Below, in pieces: positions 14,461 through 28,099 of a DNA stretch of 64,000 nt. Below the pieces are notes generated by a model, which worked only from the letters and a program-made list of their open reading frames with translations, made no database searches and had not been told where the DNA came from. The stretch is from assembly GCF_026571515.1 (NCBI RefSeq), contig NW_026852213.1:1-64000 (forward strand). Direction: 5' to 3'. A program made the translations under genes and the position numbers. Origin of the DNA: Ruditapes philippinarum. Its lineage: Eukaryota. Position 1 is the first letter of the stretch. The number at the start of each line of letters is the position of its first letter.

Positions 14461-15350
14461 GGAAGACCAAAATAGAGAGCTTTCATTTTCAACATGTCAT
14501 GCTTACATTGAGCTCGCTTTGAAAAAGTATTAATTTTGTAAAAAGACTATTGCATACGACTTTACAATATATCATTCTAAATAACGTCTTTTGTGTTAAT
14601 AAACGATACAATGTCCATTTCAAATTTCATTTTGAATTCATTGCTTTCAAGTCCAGAACTATTAACAAATATTATTAATTTCAATAACATGTATTTCAAA
14701 CCGTTGCTTTGCAACACATCATTAAACTAAAACAGAAATAATGTTTGGAGATAAACGACCAAATATAGAAAGTAACATTGAAATTCGATTTTACAGTTGT
14801 GAAAAAAAAAATAGTTTTAAAAAAGAAGTCGTCTTACTGAAATATATCAAATGTTGATATAACTCATCGGAAAAACAATATCAATAAATAGAATTATTTT
14901 ATATGACGTACTGGTAAATAGGTAAAAAAGTTTAAAGTATCCCCCACTAGTGCGCATATACATGTGTTTTCATCATGTAAAGTACTAAATATATACAGCA
15001 ATGCCATGTTAAATTTGAAGTAATGTGTACATAGTTAAGAATATGATTAAATGATATTTACACATATATTTGATATTTTACAGATTGCAAAACATCATAA
15101 GAATTAATAACTATGCTGACCAGACAAATTTCATGTAATTCAGGTATCATTACCTTTCTGTTTTAATTTAGGATATGTTTCTTTGAGAGATTTACCTTGT
15201 AGAACAGAGCTAGTGATCACTTGACATATGTTTATGGGAACATTTTGTCATCCCTTATGTTAGGACACATTTTTCCTTGTTAATGGTCTATAACTGTTAC
15301 TTTTTATTAATTCCTTCTTTTTTTCTTCATATCGAAACCAATTTTCTTCA

Positions 15351-17758
15351 TGCAGGCGTCACACTGTCCCGAATTTGGAATCAGATGGACACACGAATAA
15401 GGAAATGTTCAAATTCGGATCTGATCGTAATAACATCGTGCCATTCGTGAGGGCATCTTTTGCCATCGTATGATCCCCGGCTAAATATTACAAGCTCCGG
15501 CAGCAACTTCGTGAGCGGTTCCAAAATGTTTGGCATGCCAAAATATTGCCCGAAGACATTGCGAAGGTTCATTTTCCTGTTGAATTCGTATGTCAATTTT
15601 GCCCTTCGTAAGGCCGTCGTGAAGCCATCTTGTCAATTCGTGTAGTCTTCGTCTTTTCTTCGTGTGATCATCGGTGATATCTGGCATTTTTAGCCTCAAG
15701 AAGACAATACGAAGTAAAACACGAAGATTCCCGATTGTCTTAAGAAGGTTAAATGACTACGTGAAGCCCCCGCAATACCGCCGTGGCGCCATCGTATTTT
15801 GGTACGATATCATCGAGATGGGACCACGATGAGGACGAAGAAGGCAAGTTTTAGTGGCTCAAGCGTTGTTTATGTTCATGTTTATCATGGTGGACATATA
15901 AACGGCTAGACCATCTTCCTCATCTGTCACTCTTGCACATCTCTACAGAGACATCAAAAGCTTCCATTATTTGCAATTAATTTACAATCATTTTCAGTTT
16001 ATTTCCTGCAGAATTACATGCTTTGATGATACGTCAAGCGAGAAAAAGAAGGCAGCAGCAATGCTACTTTAAAGACACCTTAGAAAACATGATGAGACCC
16101 ACAGGCCCACCTTGGGTGGCATGATAAAGTTTTATTAAATATGATAAATAAGGTCAACAAGGAAAGGCAGCGTTCAATGAACGCAACCCCAACACGACCC
16201 AGCAACAAGAACTAAGTAACACAAGAGGACCCCCAGAAAATCGGACAGGGCGCAAGGCAGAGCACGGATAGGCTTATCACTTAAATGATACATAAGACGA
16301 AATAATGGTAAACGACAAGGAAATCAAAGAAAACAAATAAATGATTAATTTATCAAAAAATAAAACTAGGGGGGAAAGGGAAAATACTTACCGTAGACGA
16401 GAAAACAACAAGGGACACCGACAAAAGTGTCACCAAAACAGTATAAAATAACAAAGACATACATCTGAGTAACAAAGAAGGGCGTCGCCTTCGACCGGTC
16501 AGCAGCAATAAGTACTTCTTGGGAGTTTAAACCGGTTAATGGTGCACCAAACCTCACTCTTAGCCCGCCATGTTCCTATAAACGAGACGGTGTAAATAAA
16601 AATGAATCCCCGCCAAGTAAATTTATAAACAGTTGTTATGGTTTCAAAAGGTACAATAAGTAAAACACCTAAATGATCATGTAGATACATATAGAGGAAT
16701 ACCCATATGACCATAACAAAAGTACTCAATATTTTAAAGGAAGACAGAGTAACAAGAAAATTACCTACAAGGGCCAGACGAAGCACGGCAGAAGATGAAC
16801 ATTAAAGCAATTCAGTCCCAAAGGGCATAAAGAACTGTCCGTCAGATTTAATCAAAAGAGGAAAGGACCAACTGTAAAAGTGGTGAACACTAAGCATGCG
16901 GTATATCTTAAAAAGTAGGGTCAAAACCTCTTTTGGTTAAACGTTTAATAATTTTAGTAAAGGCAACAGAAAAATTACAATGACCAAAAATCTTGCGAAG
17001 TTTGTAAATAACATTTCCATTGAAATCATTTTTGAATTACTACTGAATTTTGAGATTAAATCAAAGTATTTACGTAATTTATAATAGCGGTAGCCCTGTT
17101 TGAGAAGCTTGCTAGTAATGAAAATATTTTGCTTGTTAAAATCCTTCACGTTGCTAAAAGCTCTATCGAATCTAATTTACTGATATACATATACCCCGTC
17201 AGATGTTGCATGCGGTACGTCTCCATCTAAATGTGGATAGTTTACTATACCATAAGCAAAGTCATCGCTTTTATCATAGATTTTTGTTTGAATAGAAGCG
17301 TTTTTGATAGTAATATGAAGAGCCAAAATAAAGTTTAAACGTAGTTTAATTAGCTCCCAATACTATCTGCAACTGAAATTTGCCACGGTTGGCCGTGAGT
17401 TGTATACCACCCGAAAGTGGAGGTCACTTGACGCCTTCGTAACCACGTACGAAGGCATCGTACTCAAAATACGACGTCGTGTACCTATCTTGTGACCTTC
17501 ACGTGTCCTGCTGGTAAACGTATTGGTACAAAATTGCATCTTTGAGATGACTTCGTGTATATATCGGATGTCATCGCGTGACCTTCGGTAGGAATCGTGT
17601 GTGGCTCGGATACGATCGCGTGACCTTCTGTAGGAATCGTACTTGTTTCGGCTGTTGAGAGACTGTCGACCAATTTCGGGGCTATCTTCGCACGAAATTA
17701 AAAATTCCATATTCGTATGACCATCTGGTGTCAATTTCGGGACAGTGTGACGCCTGCA
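15351..17758. mobile_element. Non-autonomous DNA transposon, PIF/Harbinger-like
   Basis: Terminal inverted repeats TGCAGGCGTCACACTGTCCCGAA; 3-bp TSD TCA at 15348-15350 and 17759-17761; an empty site is visible near 4135-4150. Confidence 0.8.
16133..17327 (-). mobile_element. 5'-truncated Penelope-like retroelement nested in the DNA transposon
   Basis: IYDKSDDFAYGIVNYPHLDGDVP...GVY...DFNKQNIFITSKLLKQGYRYYKLRKYF (RT C-terminal/thumb motif); ATAAAGTTT direct repeat at 16124-16132 and 17328-17336. Confidence 0.8.
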
Positions 17759-17797
17759 TCAGCATTATCACACACGATTTTTATACATTTACTTTAA

Positions 17798-18417
17798 CCC
17801 ATTACACGATATACACGCCTTTTAACGCCTTCATCACCCCCACCCCCTTTTGTTGTCTCAAAAGGTGAAAAAATGTCTTATTTAGGCCCCCAACACTTGT
17901 TTTTGTTTGAGAAATGTTGTTAAAAAAGTGACCACTTTTTCGGCGCGGCCCCCAACCAAAAGTTACATCAGGGGGTTGCCAAAAGGGGGATGTGCCCCCT
18001 TCTGTTTGGGTGGTTTGAAGGGGGGCGGAGTCCCCCTTATCGCCAAGAAAATTTTGGACTTGTGAGAGGCTATAAATGACCCCAGATTGATCATAAGGTA
18101 ACGTGTAACCAACGCTTAAAAGCATTTGACTCTATTTCAATCCATTGAGAAGTTGCAGCACTTTGAAATCAATTTTGATGGAAAAAATCAACGCAAAATA
18201 GTGATGTTTGGCAATCTTGAGATATCCCCTCGTTGCCATGGTAACAGAAAATTTAAGCCTGAGCATGTTGTTGCAAGGGCAATGGTCCAGTCAACATTTG
18301 TGCCAAGTTTGATTAGTGTTGAAGCAGTTTTTATAGTATAATAGCAATTTGAACTTGTAACGGGAGACTTTTCAATGAAAACAGCCATTTTTCACAAAAT
18401 GCTCATGAAGTAATGGG
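17798..18417. mobile_element. piggyBac-like MITE
   Basis: TTAA|CCCATTAC...GTAATGGG|TTAA; empty site in the paralogous spacer near 9330. Confidence 0.75.
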
Positions 18418-18669
18418 TTAATGTTTTTTTTTGTTGTTTTTTTTGTCATTAATTGTCATTAAATCATTAATGTGTAAAATAAATGATTGTTTCCTCATAA
18501 ACATTCTTTTATAATTTCATACTTTTTCAATCTATGTAGGATTCTCTTTACCGGTATGTCTTTGTGTATACGTTTGTTTTTTGCTAAGTTCTTATTCTTA
18601 TTGTGTTTTGGTTCTAAAATAGAGGATATAAGCACATTAAAAGTTTAAGTGATGAAGATTGAATCTAAC

Positions 18670-18840
18670 TTAACCCTTTCGCTGCCAGAGGGTTATTGTT
18701 TTATTGATCACATATTTGCCAGGGGTTTTTTTTAAGAAATTATTATATTATTAATTAATATAATTATAATTATTTGTTATTAGTATCATAATAATTATAT
18801 ATGTTTCCAAATCTGTCAGTATAATAATAATTATTGTCGA
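18670..18840. mobile_element. Truncated piggyBac-like MITE end
   Basis: TTAACCCTTTCGCTGCC start; sequence absent from the other copies; no right end seen. Confidence 0.35.
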
Positions 18841-20707
18841 TAAACATTATGTTTATGTATCCGCATTTCATGCAGAAAAGAATTTCTGTTATATTTCATA
18901 AAATAATAATTTATCATAATAACAGTGAGATTTTGTGCGTTAAAAGTTTCAATGAGGCAATGTTATTTTCTGTAGCAAACACATTAATAAACATAAACAA
19001 AAGTGTATATACAGCAATATAACTTTTATTTAGAATATACCACGAACCAAGGAAATGTAAACATGATTCATGCCGAGTATGAAGTGAATACAAAAAGCGT
19101 AATTCAGGAGAAAGTTTTTGTCAAATGTTTTTGACATGGCGTTTAGATATTTACCAATTAATCATATAAAATTCTGAAAATTGGGGTTCTCTAGAAGTCT
19201 ATGAAAAACAAAAAGTAGTAAAAAGAATATTTAAAAAATCTAGAAAAGGTATATGTCTCGAGATGTAGTACAATTTGCCAATAAGATGATTAGTTAAATA
19301 TGCTTTTTATTCATTTTATCATGTAAGAAACGCATATCTATAACAAATGATAGTTTCCGAAAATGACCAATTGAAATGTTGCTGTGTGTAAAAGTAATAC
19401 ATTTACTTTAAATGTTTTCTCCAAAAACAAAACAAAACATTTCTTTTTTTAACAATTAACCGGGATATACAGGTTAAGAAATTCTTCGCTAAGAAAGTAA
19501 ATTAAGTTTTTGTTGAAAAAAATCTACCAAATAATACGTTATGATCATATATACTATAATGATATAAGGGGTTTTGTGAATGAAATCATATTCTCCTTAA
19601 AACATTTCCTGTTTAATTTGCTGTTTGATAAACGCTTTTACTATAGCTAACATCTGTTGTGGGGTGTAAACAATAATTGTTTATTTGCATCCGACCTAAA
19701 ACCAAATGTCAGTGGTTTTATAGATATTGTTTCATGGCGTGTTTATATCTGATAAATTTTGTAAAAAATTTGATAAAAATTATCGATACATGGTAAAAGA
19801 GATAACATTTTCTTTTGGAATACTGTGGATACCTACAAATTTAACTGTACTATCAAGAAAGTAACACACCCAGTAAAATATTGTATTTTTATTGAATCAA
19901 ATTGGCATCTTTCACAAGAAAGGGAAGTGAGTTTGACAAGTCGTTCAAATAATTTAATTCATGCAATGATAAGTGCAATGCAATTGTAATTCATGAGGAA
20001 CGTTTGCTACACATTAACACATAACTATAGATGCAAAATGGAGAGAACGTCTAAAATATTTTACAATATTATACACATGTTGCACAGGAATAACTTTGTG
20101 CTGTGGTCAAACTTTAAATTCTAGTGGATATGTCCATAGAATTTAATAAAAAAAATCAATGTACTACGTGTCACATGTCACATGTATTTGTAGAATGAAT
20201 ATAAATAATTCTACGTGGGAAGAAAATGTTGATCAGAATGTATTAATTTCATAAAGAGGAAAAAATGATATGTGAATAAAAAAGTCATACAAATAAGAAG
20301 TCAATAAAAAAACTTGTTTAGAAGTAGTACTGGAAGAATAAAACGGACCAACGAACAAAAGCTTTCATCTAGAAGGGTTGTTTTTTTATAGATATAGGTT
20401 GTCACGCTGAGTATATATTATACTTTTATAATATCATTATGAGCAATGTGCTCAAAAAGGATGTAGATCCTATCTTTGGCTCAAGTTATTGCATAACTTC
20501 TCAGGAAAGTCATTTCAGTCATTCAGTTAATGGAAGCATCAAACACATAATTTATAAGCAGCCAGTCAAACATATATATTTAGAGACGACATTTATAAAG
20601 TTTTACAAATACGATGTTATACTTTAGATGTTAGGCTGAACTAAAGTAGTTAACCCTAAACCAACACTTAATTGCAAAATAACACTTCATATTGTGTTTT
20701 TCCTATC

Positions 20708-21967
20708 GTTGTGAAAATACAGATAGACGTTATCAGCCGAGTACCCATCTGTCACTGGATGTTTCGCCTTTTATCTCGGAACATCATCTAGATGGTGGAG
20801 CAGGTAGTGTTGATCAGGTACTACCTGGTCTTCGATGGCTGCCCGGTTGGTTCATTGCCAGATTCTCAGCCAAAGCCAACTGGACGCTCTCTCTTAGTCT
20901 TGCCAAGAGCATGTGATGCGGTTTTCCGGGCTCCTCCTTTAATGCCCACTGCTCCCAGCATTTTCCAAACTGACTGTGATGGAAAGCCACTGCAGCTAAC
21001 TTCTAATGGGAAGACCCATGACTTCCATCCTCAATCTCTACAAGTGTTCGCCAAGTCTTGGTATTTTCCATTCTTGATCTCATATGACTCTTCTACTCTC
21101 TCTTCCCAGGGGACTGTGAGTTCTACCATCACATCAGCTTCTGAGACCTTGACCACATAACTTTGTCTGGCCGGAGGTATGTGTGAGTCACTTCATCCGG
21201 GATCGTAAGTTTCTTCCCAAGATCAACCAACATTTCCCAGTTCTTGAAATCATGTAAAATGCCGGTACTTGTTGATTTTGCAGACTTCTTCTCCCCCTCT
21301 TTAACAAAGTTGAGTCTTGTTTAACGGACTATCTTTCTTTCTCTCTTTCTCCAGGATGTCAGCCATTTCACGAAGAACTTGGTCGCGGTGACATCTGTAT
21401 TGTCCCTGGGACAGTGCGGTATTACATGATGCCATGAAATGGCGTAATGATCCCACATTCCCGCAAAGTGGTCAGCTGAGATCTTCTGACAACTTCCACA
21501 GTTTAAGATATATCGGGGAGGGTAGTAGGTCGTATACAGATCTAAGGAGAAAGCTCAATTGAAGTGGATCATATCTCCACAGCTCCTGCCAGTTTAATAT
21601 CCTCTCTGGTAAATTCCACTTCATCCAGTTCCCCTGTGATCCAAGTTGAACTGATCTGGATGACCGTGTTTCATCTTCTGCTCTCCTTAGTTCTGTCTGC
21701 ACCATCGATCTTCTGTTCACTTTGTCAGAATCTCTCCATCGCTGATTGAACCTTGTACCTAGTCCTTCTCTGCCCTTGTTTATGGGTCCTACAATATCCT
21801 GGGAGCTTTAAACTACTTTCAGCTTGTCCTACTGCCTGCTTCATTGACCATTTCTTCCAAGTTCTTACTTCAATGCCTGCACCCCTGATTCTTCTCATCA
21901 AACGAGTCATTTAGTGTAAGCAGCAGGCCTGCCTAAGCAACTTTGTACTCTTCAACAAATGAGTCGG
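20708..21967 (-). mobile_element. 5'-truncated HERO-like (R2 superfamily, RLE endonuclease) non-LTR retrotransposon, degenerate
   Basis: VEEYKVA, LSFLLRSVYDLLPSP, zinc-knuckle remnant, MVELTVPWEE...KYQDL, FPLEV; frameshifts; ATC on both flanks. Confidence 0.85.
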
Positions 21968-23049
21968 ATCAATGATAGACACTAAAATAATGAAAACAAT
22001 GGAAAATCTACATTAACTTGCTTATCGTTTTCACAAACGAAAAAACAAGTTTGTTACACAGAATTTGAAAGTATAGATCAACTAGGGAAAGTAATGTACA
22101 ATAAACACATCATAACCAATATCTAGCCGTACAGGACCAGTAAAAATATGTATCCTGTGTAGCACCAAACATGATCTGGGCCAAAGGCTATAGAGAACAC
22201 TACAGACGGAGCAGAGTGTAGTTTTTTACTTTCCTAGAAAGTAATGTAAAGCATGTAAATATTTTACATGTTGTTTAGGATCTTGCTAAAACAAAACATG
22301 ACATTATATATATTCATTATATTTTCCACATTTATATTATATAGCAATTTTTTATCTGTTTATTTAATAAAATATTTACATTTATTATTGTGAGGACTTA
22401 CGTGAAATTCGTGCCTAAAACTATTAAATGTGATACTGCAATCCTAAGATATATAAAACAGTAACATTAGTCATGACTAAAAACATAACAATGATAAAAT
22501 GAAAGTTTGGTACGACTTCCACTCAAGACAGGAATAATTAAATACTATAGAACTTCAAACATTCTATACTGATTGATTCTTATTATCACGAAAAGAAAAT
22601 GTATTAGATATCTCTTGAATATCCCTGTACAGATGACAATCTTTCTTTTGTTTACCAAATGAGTCATAAACAGAGGAATAAGTCCTAAAATCATTTGCAT
22701 AATTATTATGAATTAAAGAATTATGTAGAGTTATTTGCATTGCAGTTGTAACCTCTCATGACTAAATTAGATTTACAAAAAAATGATAAATACAGAAAGT
22801 AACCTATAAACAAAAAAATAAATACATTTGAATCTAAATTTAAACCTGGTTTAAACACGATCAGAAAATGCTATCGCGCCCGTCAAATATTAAAACCATG
22901 AAAAAAGATTGACTGCATAATTCTTAGTGCAAAATATTTTTATGAATGGTTTGTTTTTATCCGTTGGAGAATTATTTAAAATCGTTTGTTTTGTTTTTGT
23001 TTGTTGTTTTTTTGCGTTTTGTGAAGAAAGGCTTTTGTTTGTTCATTCT

Positions 23050-25185
23050 GTTTATCTATCCGCCTTTAATTAAGAAAAGAAGTTATGTTCTTTTTGATGA
23101 AATAATATTGTATCATAATAACAGTGAGATTTTGTGTATGAGAGGTCACAATGTTATAGTTTCAATAATACAATGTTATTTTCTGACACAAACACATTAA
23201 CAAACATGAACAAAAGTCTATAGATAACACTAGTATTTTTATTGAGCATAAACTACGAACTGGGAAATGCAAACAACATGATTCATGCAAAGTATGACGT
23301 GAAAAGAAAAAAACGTAATTTTGAGAAAACATAACGTATGTCAAATGAGTTTGATACGGCGTTTATATATTTATCAAATGATTCATATAAAATTTCTGGA
23401 AACAGGGATCTCTAGATGTCAATGAAAAACAAGAAAGGAGTAAAATAATATTTGAAAATCTAGAAAAGGTATATGCCTCGAGAGGTGTTACAATTTGCCA
23501 ATAACATTAAAAGACACACATGATTTTTTATTAGAAAGTTAGAAATGCATATACCGAACAAATATTTTTTTCCGAAATTGGACGTTTGAAATTCTGAAGT
23601 GTGTAAAAGAATGTGTTTTTTTTTCAAATCCAACAAAGAGATTTCGTAAGGTTTTTTATCAGTTAACCAGAATATACAGGTTTAAAATGTGGCAGTATTT
23701 TCGCTAAAGATAGTAAATAAAATTCCTGATGATAAATAATTCTACCAAAATATGTGATATTATCATGCATACAATTATGACATGAGAGGATTAAACTTTA
23801 CCAGATTAGGTTTTGTGAATGAAATATTTTTCTCCTTAAAACATATCCTCTTTAATTTGCTTTTTGATAAACGCGTTTGCTATAGTTAACATCTGTTGTG
23901 GGGTGCAAACAAAAATGGTTTATTTGCATTCGACCTAAAACCAAATGTCAGTGGTTTTATAGATATTGTTTCATGTCGTGTTTTTATCTGATAAATTTTA
24001 TAAAATATTTGATAAAAATTATCGATATATCGTAAAAGAGATAGCAGTTTCTTTTGAAATACTGAGGATACCTACAAATTTAATTGTACTATCAAAAAAG
24101 TAATACACCCAGTAAAATATTGTTTTTGTTTTTTTTTTTATTGAATCAAATTGACATATTTCACAAAACAAGTCGTTCAAATATTTTAATTCATGCATTG
24201 ACAAGTGCAGTGCCATTGTAATTCATGAGGAATGTTTGGTACAAATTAAGATATAACTATAGATGCAAATTTTCGGGAAAGTCTTTAATCTTTTACCAGT
24301 GAGTATGCGTCGTAGTAAAAGGCACTGCTGGAACCTTGAGCACTAGATCAATATCATATTTGTATGAATGAAAATAAATAATTCTACTTGAGAAAAAAGG
24401 TGGATCAGTATTATTACGATAAAGTTCTGAAACTGTTCTTATCAGAGAAAGCAATGCGAACAGAGGGCAAAATACTTTATGTGAAAATTATAGGCATACA
24501 AATAAGAAGTGAATGAAAACCTATTTAGTATTAGTACTTGCAGTTTAAAACGGACCAAACCAACAAAAGCTTTCATCTAGAAGGGTTGTTTTTATAAAGA
24601 TAGGTTATCTCGGCGAATATATACTATACTTTTATAATATCATTATGACGAATTTGCTCAAAATGGCTATAGATGATATCTGTTTTTTGTTTGTTTGTTT
24701 TTTGCACCACTTCTCAGGGAAATCATTTTACGTCATTCGATGAATTGAAGACTCACATATTTTATAAGCACCCAAACATATACGACATTCATAAAATATA
24801 CAAGCACGATGTTTTATTTTAGATGTTAAGCTTTTAAAAAATATAAAGCCCGGAACCAACACTAAATCGGAACATAACACTTCATAGTGTAATGTTCCTA
24901 TCAAATAAACACTAAAGATAAAGAAAACAATGGAAACTATCTTCACTAACTTTCTTATCTGTTTCACAAACGGGATACAAGTTTGTTAAATAGCATGTGA
25001 AAGCTAATAGATCAACTAGGGAATGCAATGTTCAATAAACACATCCCTACCAATATCCATCCGCACAGAACCAGTGAAAATGTATCCAGAGTGGAACCAA
25101 ATATGTTAATGGCAAAAAGCGGGACGGAGCAGATTGTAGCTTTTAACTTTCCCGGAAAAATACAAGAGAGCATGTAATTATTTTG
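23050..25185 (+). pseudogene. LRR/TLR-like pseudogene, copy 5 (3'-truncated)
   Basis: Shared blocks at about 23147, 23890, 24340, 24435, 24962 and 25120. Confidence 0.5.
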
Positions 25186-25257
25186 AAAAAGTTGAAAAAC
25201 TAATCCATGCTTTTTCACACTATTTCAGAAAAAATGTTGTTTTTAACGGGCTTTTAT

Positions 25258-25332
25258 ATGTGTGTGCGTGCGAGCGTGCGCGTGTGTGTTGGTGCGCGCG
25301 CGTGTGTGTGTGTACATGTGTGTGTGCGTGTG
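25258..25332. repeat. (GT)n/(GC)n microsatellite
   Basis: Directly visible. Confidence 0.9.
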
Positions 25333-25363
25333 AACAATCATATCATTTAGAAAAGGAAGACCT

Positions 25364-25469
25364 TAAGAATTGAGTACCGCTCAAGTCGGTGCTAGGGGGC
25401 GTGAGGGATGTTGCACTCATTCATTATCCCTCATGTACAGACTCAATCAAACCGAGTCTGCAATTCTTA
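25364..25469 (+). other. 106-nt cloverleaf (four-way junction) element
   Basis: Closing stem TAAGAATTG/CAATTCTTA encloses three hairpins, two of them with G-U pairs on the + strand. Confidence 0.55.
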
Positions 25470-25519
25470 TGTAATTTTTTTATGAGTAATGCTTCCGAGG
25501 GATAACTTTGTTTCCAGAT

Positions 25520-27330
25520 TCTTAACATCAAACTATTTATTTCTTAAAACGAAACAATGACCTAACATACTGCCTGATGCATAGTATACAAACATGTCTC
25601 ATCTTTATAGCAAAACTTTAACACTATAAAAAAACATTTCAAAACAAACCATATCTGTTAAATACAGTCCATAGATTAAATGAATCTAACAAGTCATTTT
25701 ACGTTAAAATAGCATAGACTTGAAGAAATAGAAGATATTCTAAATGTGGATTATACGGCATTGATAACCTTGAATAACTTATTTGTTCTAGTTACAATAG
25801 CATTGTGTTAATGATCTAGTAAACTAGTAAATATCCTCAAGTTAATGTTTTACTTGTAACTGTTCGACGTTTTATGGATGAATGAAATAAGAATGTATTA
25901 TGTTCGTCCATTACATTGATTGTGTACAAGTTTAGTGTCAGTGTAAACTGGTTAACTGGTTGACAATAATGTATTCTGGTTTTGGGGAATATTTTAGCCT
26001 TTACACAAGTCAGAAACTTTGGAATGATTTTATTTTAGTTTTAATGGTTTCCATTCAAATTGTAAAACGTAGCATTTACAGTCAAATGTACAATTTTATG
26101 TTTAATGGAATAAAAATTATAAAATATTTTTAATTCGTTAGACATCAACTTTGATGATACTTTTTTCCAATTCCTTTTCCAATAACATAAGGGCAAAGAA
26201 CACTTAAATGACAATATTGAACGGAACTCATCAATGATTTTTTATTGATTTAGTTTATTTCAAGACATTTATGAATAACAACGAATATCTGAATAAAAAC
26301 AAATGAGACAATCTCCTGGAATGTGAACCATAAAACCATACTGAGCATTCAGAAATAGTAAACGTACACATTTTCTACATTTGAAATAGATATCTTTCTA
26401 CAACAAAACTAAACCATTTTTTATCAAATCTTGATAATAAAATTAGAGCATTACAATTTATTTTATCAGACTAGATTTTTTATAAAATGAATTGGTCTGT
26501 AAGGGAAGGTGTGTGATATATTCAATAATTATTTTTATTGTATGTAGCATCAAACATAAGACCAGGAAAGAATTATACATGGATGCTGTTTGCAAATGGG
26601 AGATGCAATATCCGGGTAAAATGTTGTAGAACAAAAATAGTAGTATTCATCATATAAATGTTCATACTAAATCACTAAGAATTTTATCAACATTATTTTT
26701 AAGTAATATTTTAAAAGAATGAATATATTATAAAAATTGTTTTCGTCAATATTTAAAACGCTTATGAAAAACATTTGCCCATTGTAGACCAATCTACTGT
26801 AAAGCATATCATGTTTATATTCATTTGATGATTAATACATCCTTTTGCTATGGCTCACACTTGTTTTGGGACTAAGGAAGAATGATCTATTTGCGTTCGA
26901 CCTAAATCCATATAGATATTGTTTCATGACGTGTGTATATTTGATAAATATTGTACAATATTTGATAACATTAATTGATATATGGCTAAAGAGATAGCAT
27001 TTTCTTTTGAAATGCTGAAGCTACATACAAAAATTAATTGTGTTATCAAGTATGATGCATGAAATATCTGTTTTTAATTAAATTAAATTCACATCTTTTA
27101 TAGGAAAAGGAAATGAATTCGACAAGTTCTTCAAAAAATTAAATTCATGAAATGTTCAGAGAAATTATTAGTCATTATAAAAATGTTAGTTTCAAATTGA
27201 AAAATTATAGACATGAAATTTCACGAAGAATTTCAAATTATTTTATAAAAGTATGGATCATTACGCATATAGAAATATTAATTATATTGAATCAAATGAT
27301 AATCTGCATGAGTATTGAAACGTTAACAAT
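25520..27330 (+). pseudogene. More diverged LRR-like pseudogene, copy 6
   Basis: 26840-27150 matches the conserved central block of copies 1-5; the 5' part is paralogous to 28160-28700. Confidence 0.4.
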
Positions 27331-28099
27331 CAAGTAATTGTCCTTTGAATTTACAAAATTTTAAAGTCAATAAAACGTTTACAAAACTATTTGTAAAACT
27401 GATTTAACATGCAACTTTAAACGGGGACCAACACAGCTGTTCATGGATTAGCACTAAACTTGTACTTATGTCTCTCACTAAAGTCACGCATTTAAGAATA
27501 AATTAAAACTGCCAAATGAATACATATACAGACGTATCTAGCTTCAAAATTTCACGATTTCCATAAATGCTTAAGCCGGTGCTATTGGCCGTGTACGACA
27601 CTTTGCACTTACCTCTACAATCCATGAGCATGCATCATTTTCAATTTAGTGGATTTTTTGTGCGGAGTAAACTGCTTTATGTAGAAGAAAATATAACAGC
27701 TGTAGAAAATTCATTCTTTTGTATTGAGTTCAATATTTTTAAATACACACAGATTTTACACACAGATTTATATTTGTACAGGGAAGTAGGGTTGCTAATG
27801 TCAGAACGTGTTGTTCAGTCATTTTGCCCTTTGTCTTGATTATTGGTATGTGTAAAAAAATGTAAAATGTGTACAAAACTCTATACAATGTTATTAAACT
27901 AAACTATACAAGACATGACATAACTTTTTATACGTTCAGAAAATTATGAATGGTCTATTTAAATTAAAATCGCGTGATATATTATGATATTATAATGATC
28001 ACATCCCACCGACTGAGAGTGACCTGAGACAAGTAATTTGTATCGAAAAAAATAACGTTACATAGAATGATATCTAAAATGACTCAACATTTACATAGA

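Larger units (their letters stand above)
18560..22985 (+). pseudogene. LRR/TLR-like pseudogene, copy 4 (interrupted by a retroelement)
   Basis: Same block order; colinearity with the other copies resumes at 21968 after the insertion. Confidence 0.5.

Noticed and set aside
16133-17327. Hammerhead ribozyme in the Penelope-like fragment
   Set aside because: I could not find a CTGATGA...GAAA core with supporting stems on either strand.
17363-18388. ORFs of 60-123 aa as transposases
   Set aside because: No DDE or other recognisable motif; they lie within non-autonomous elements.
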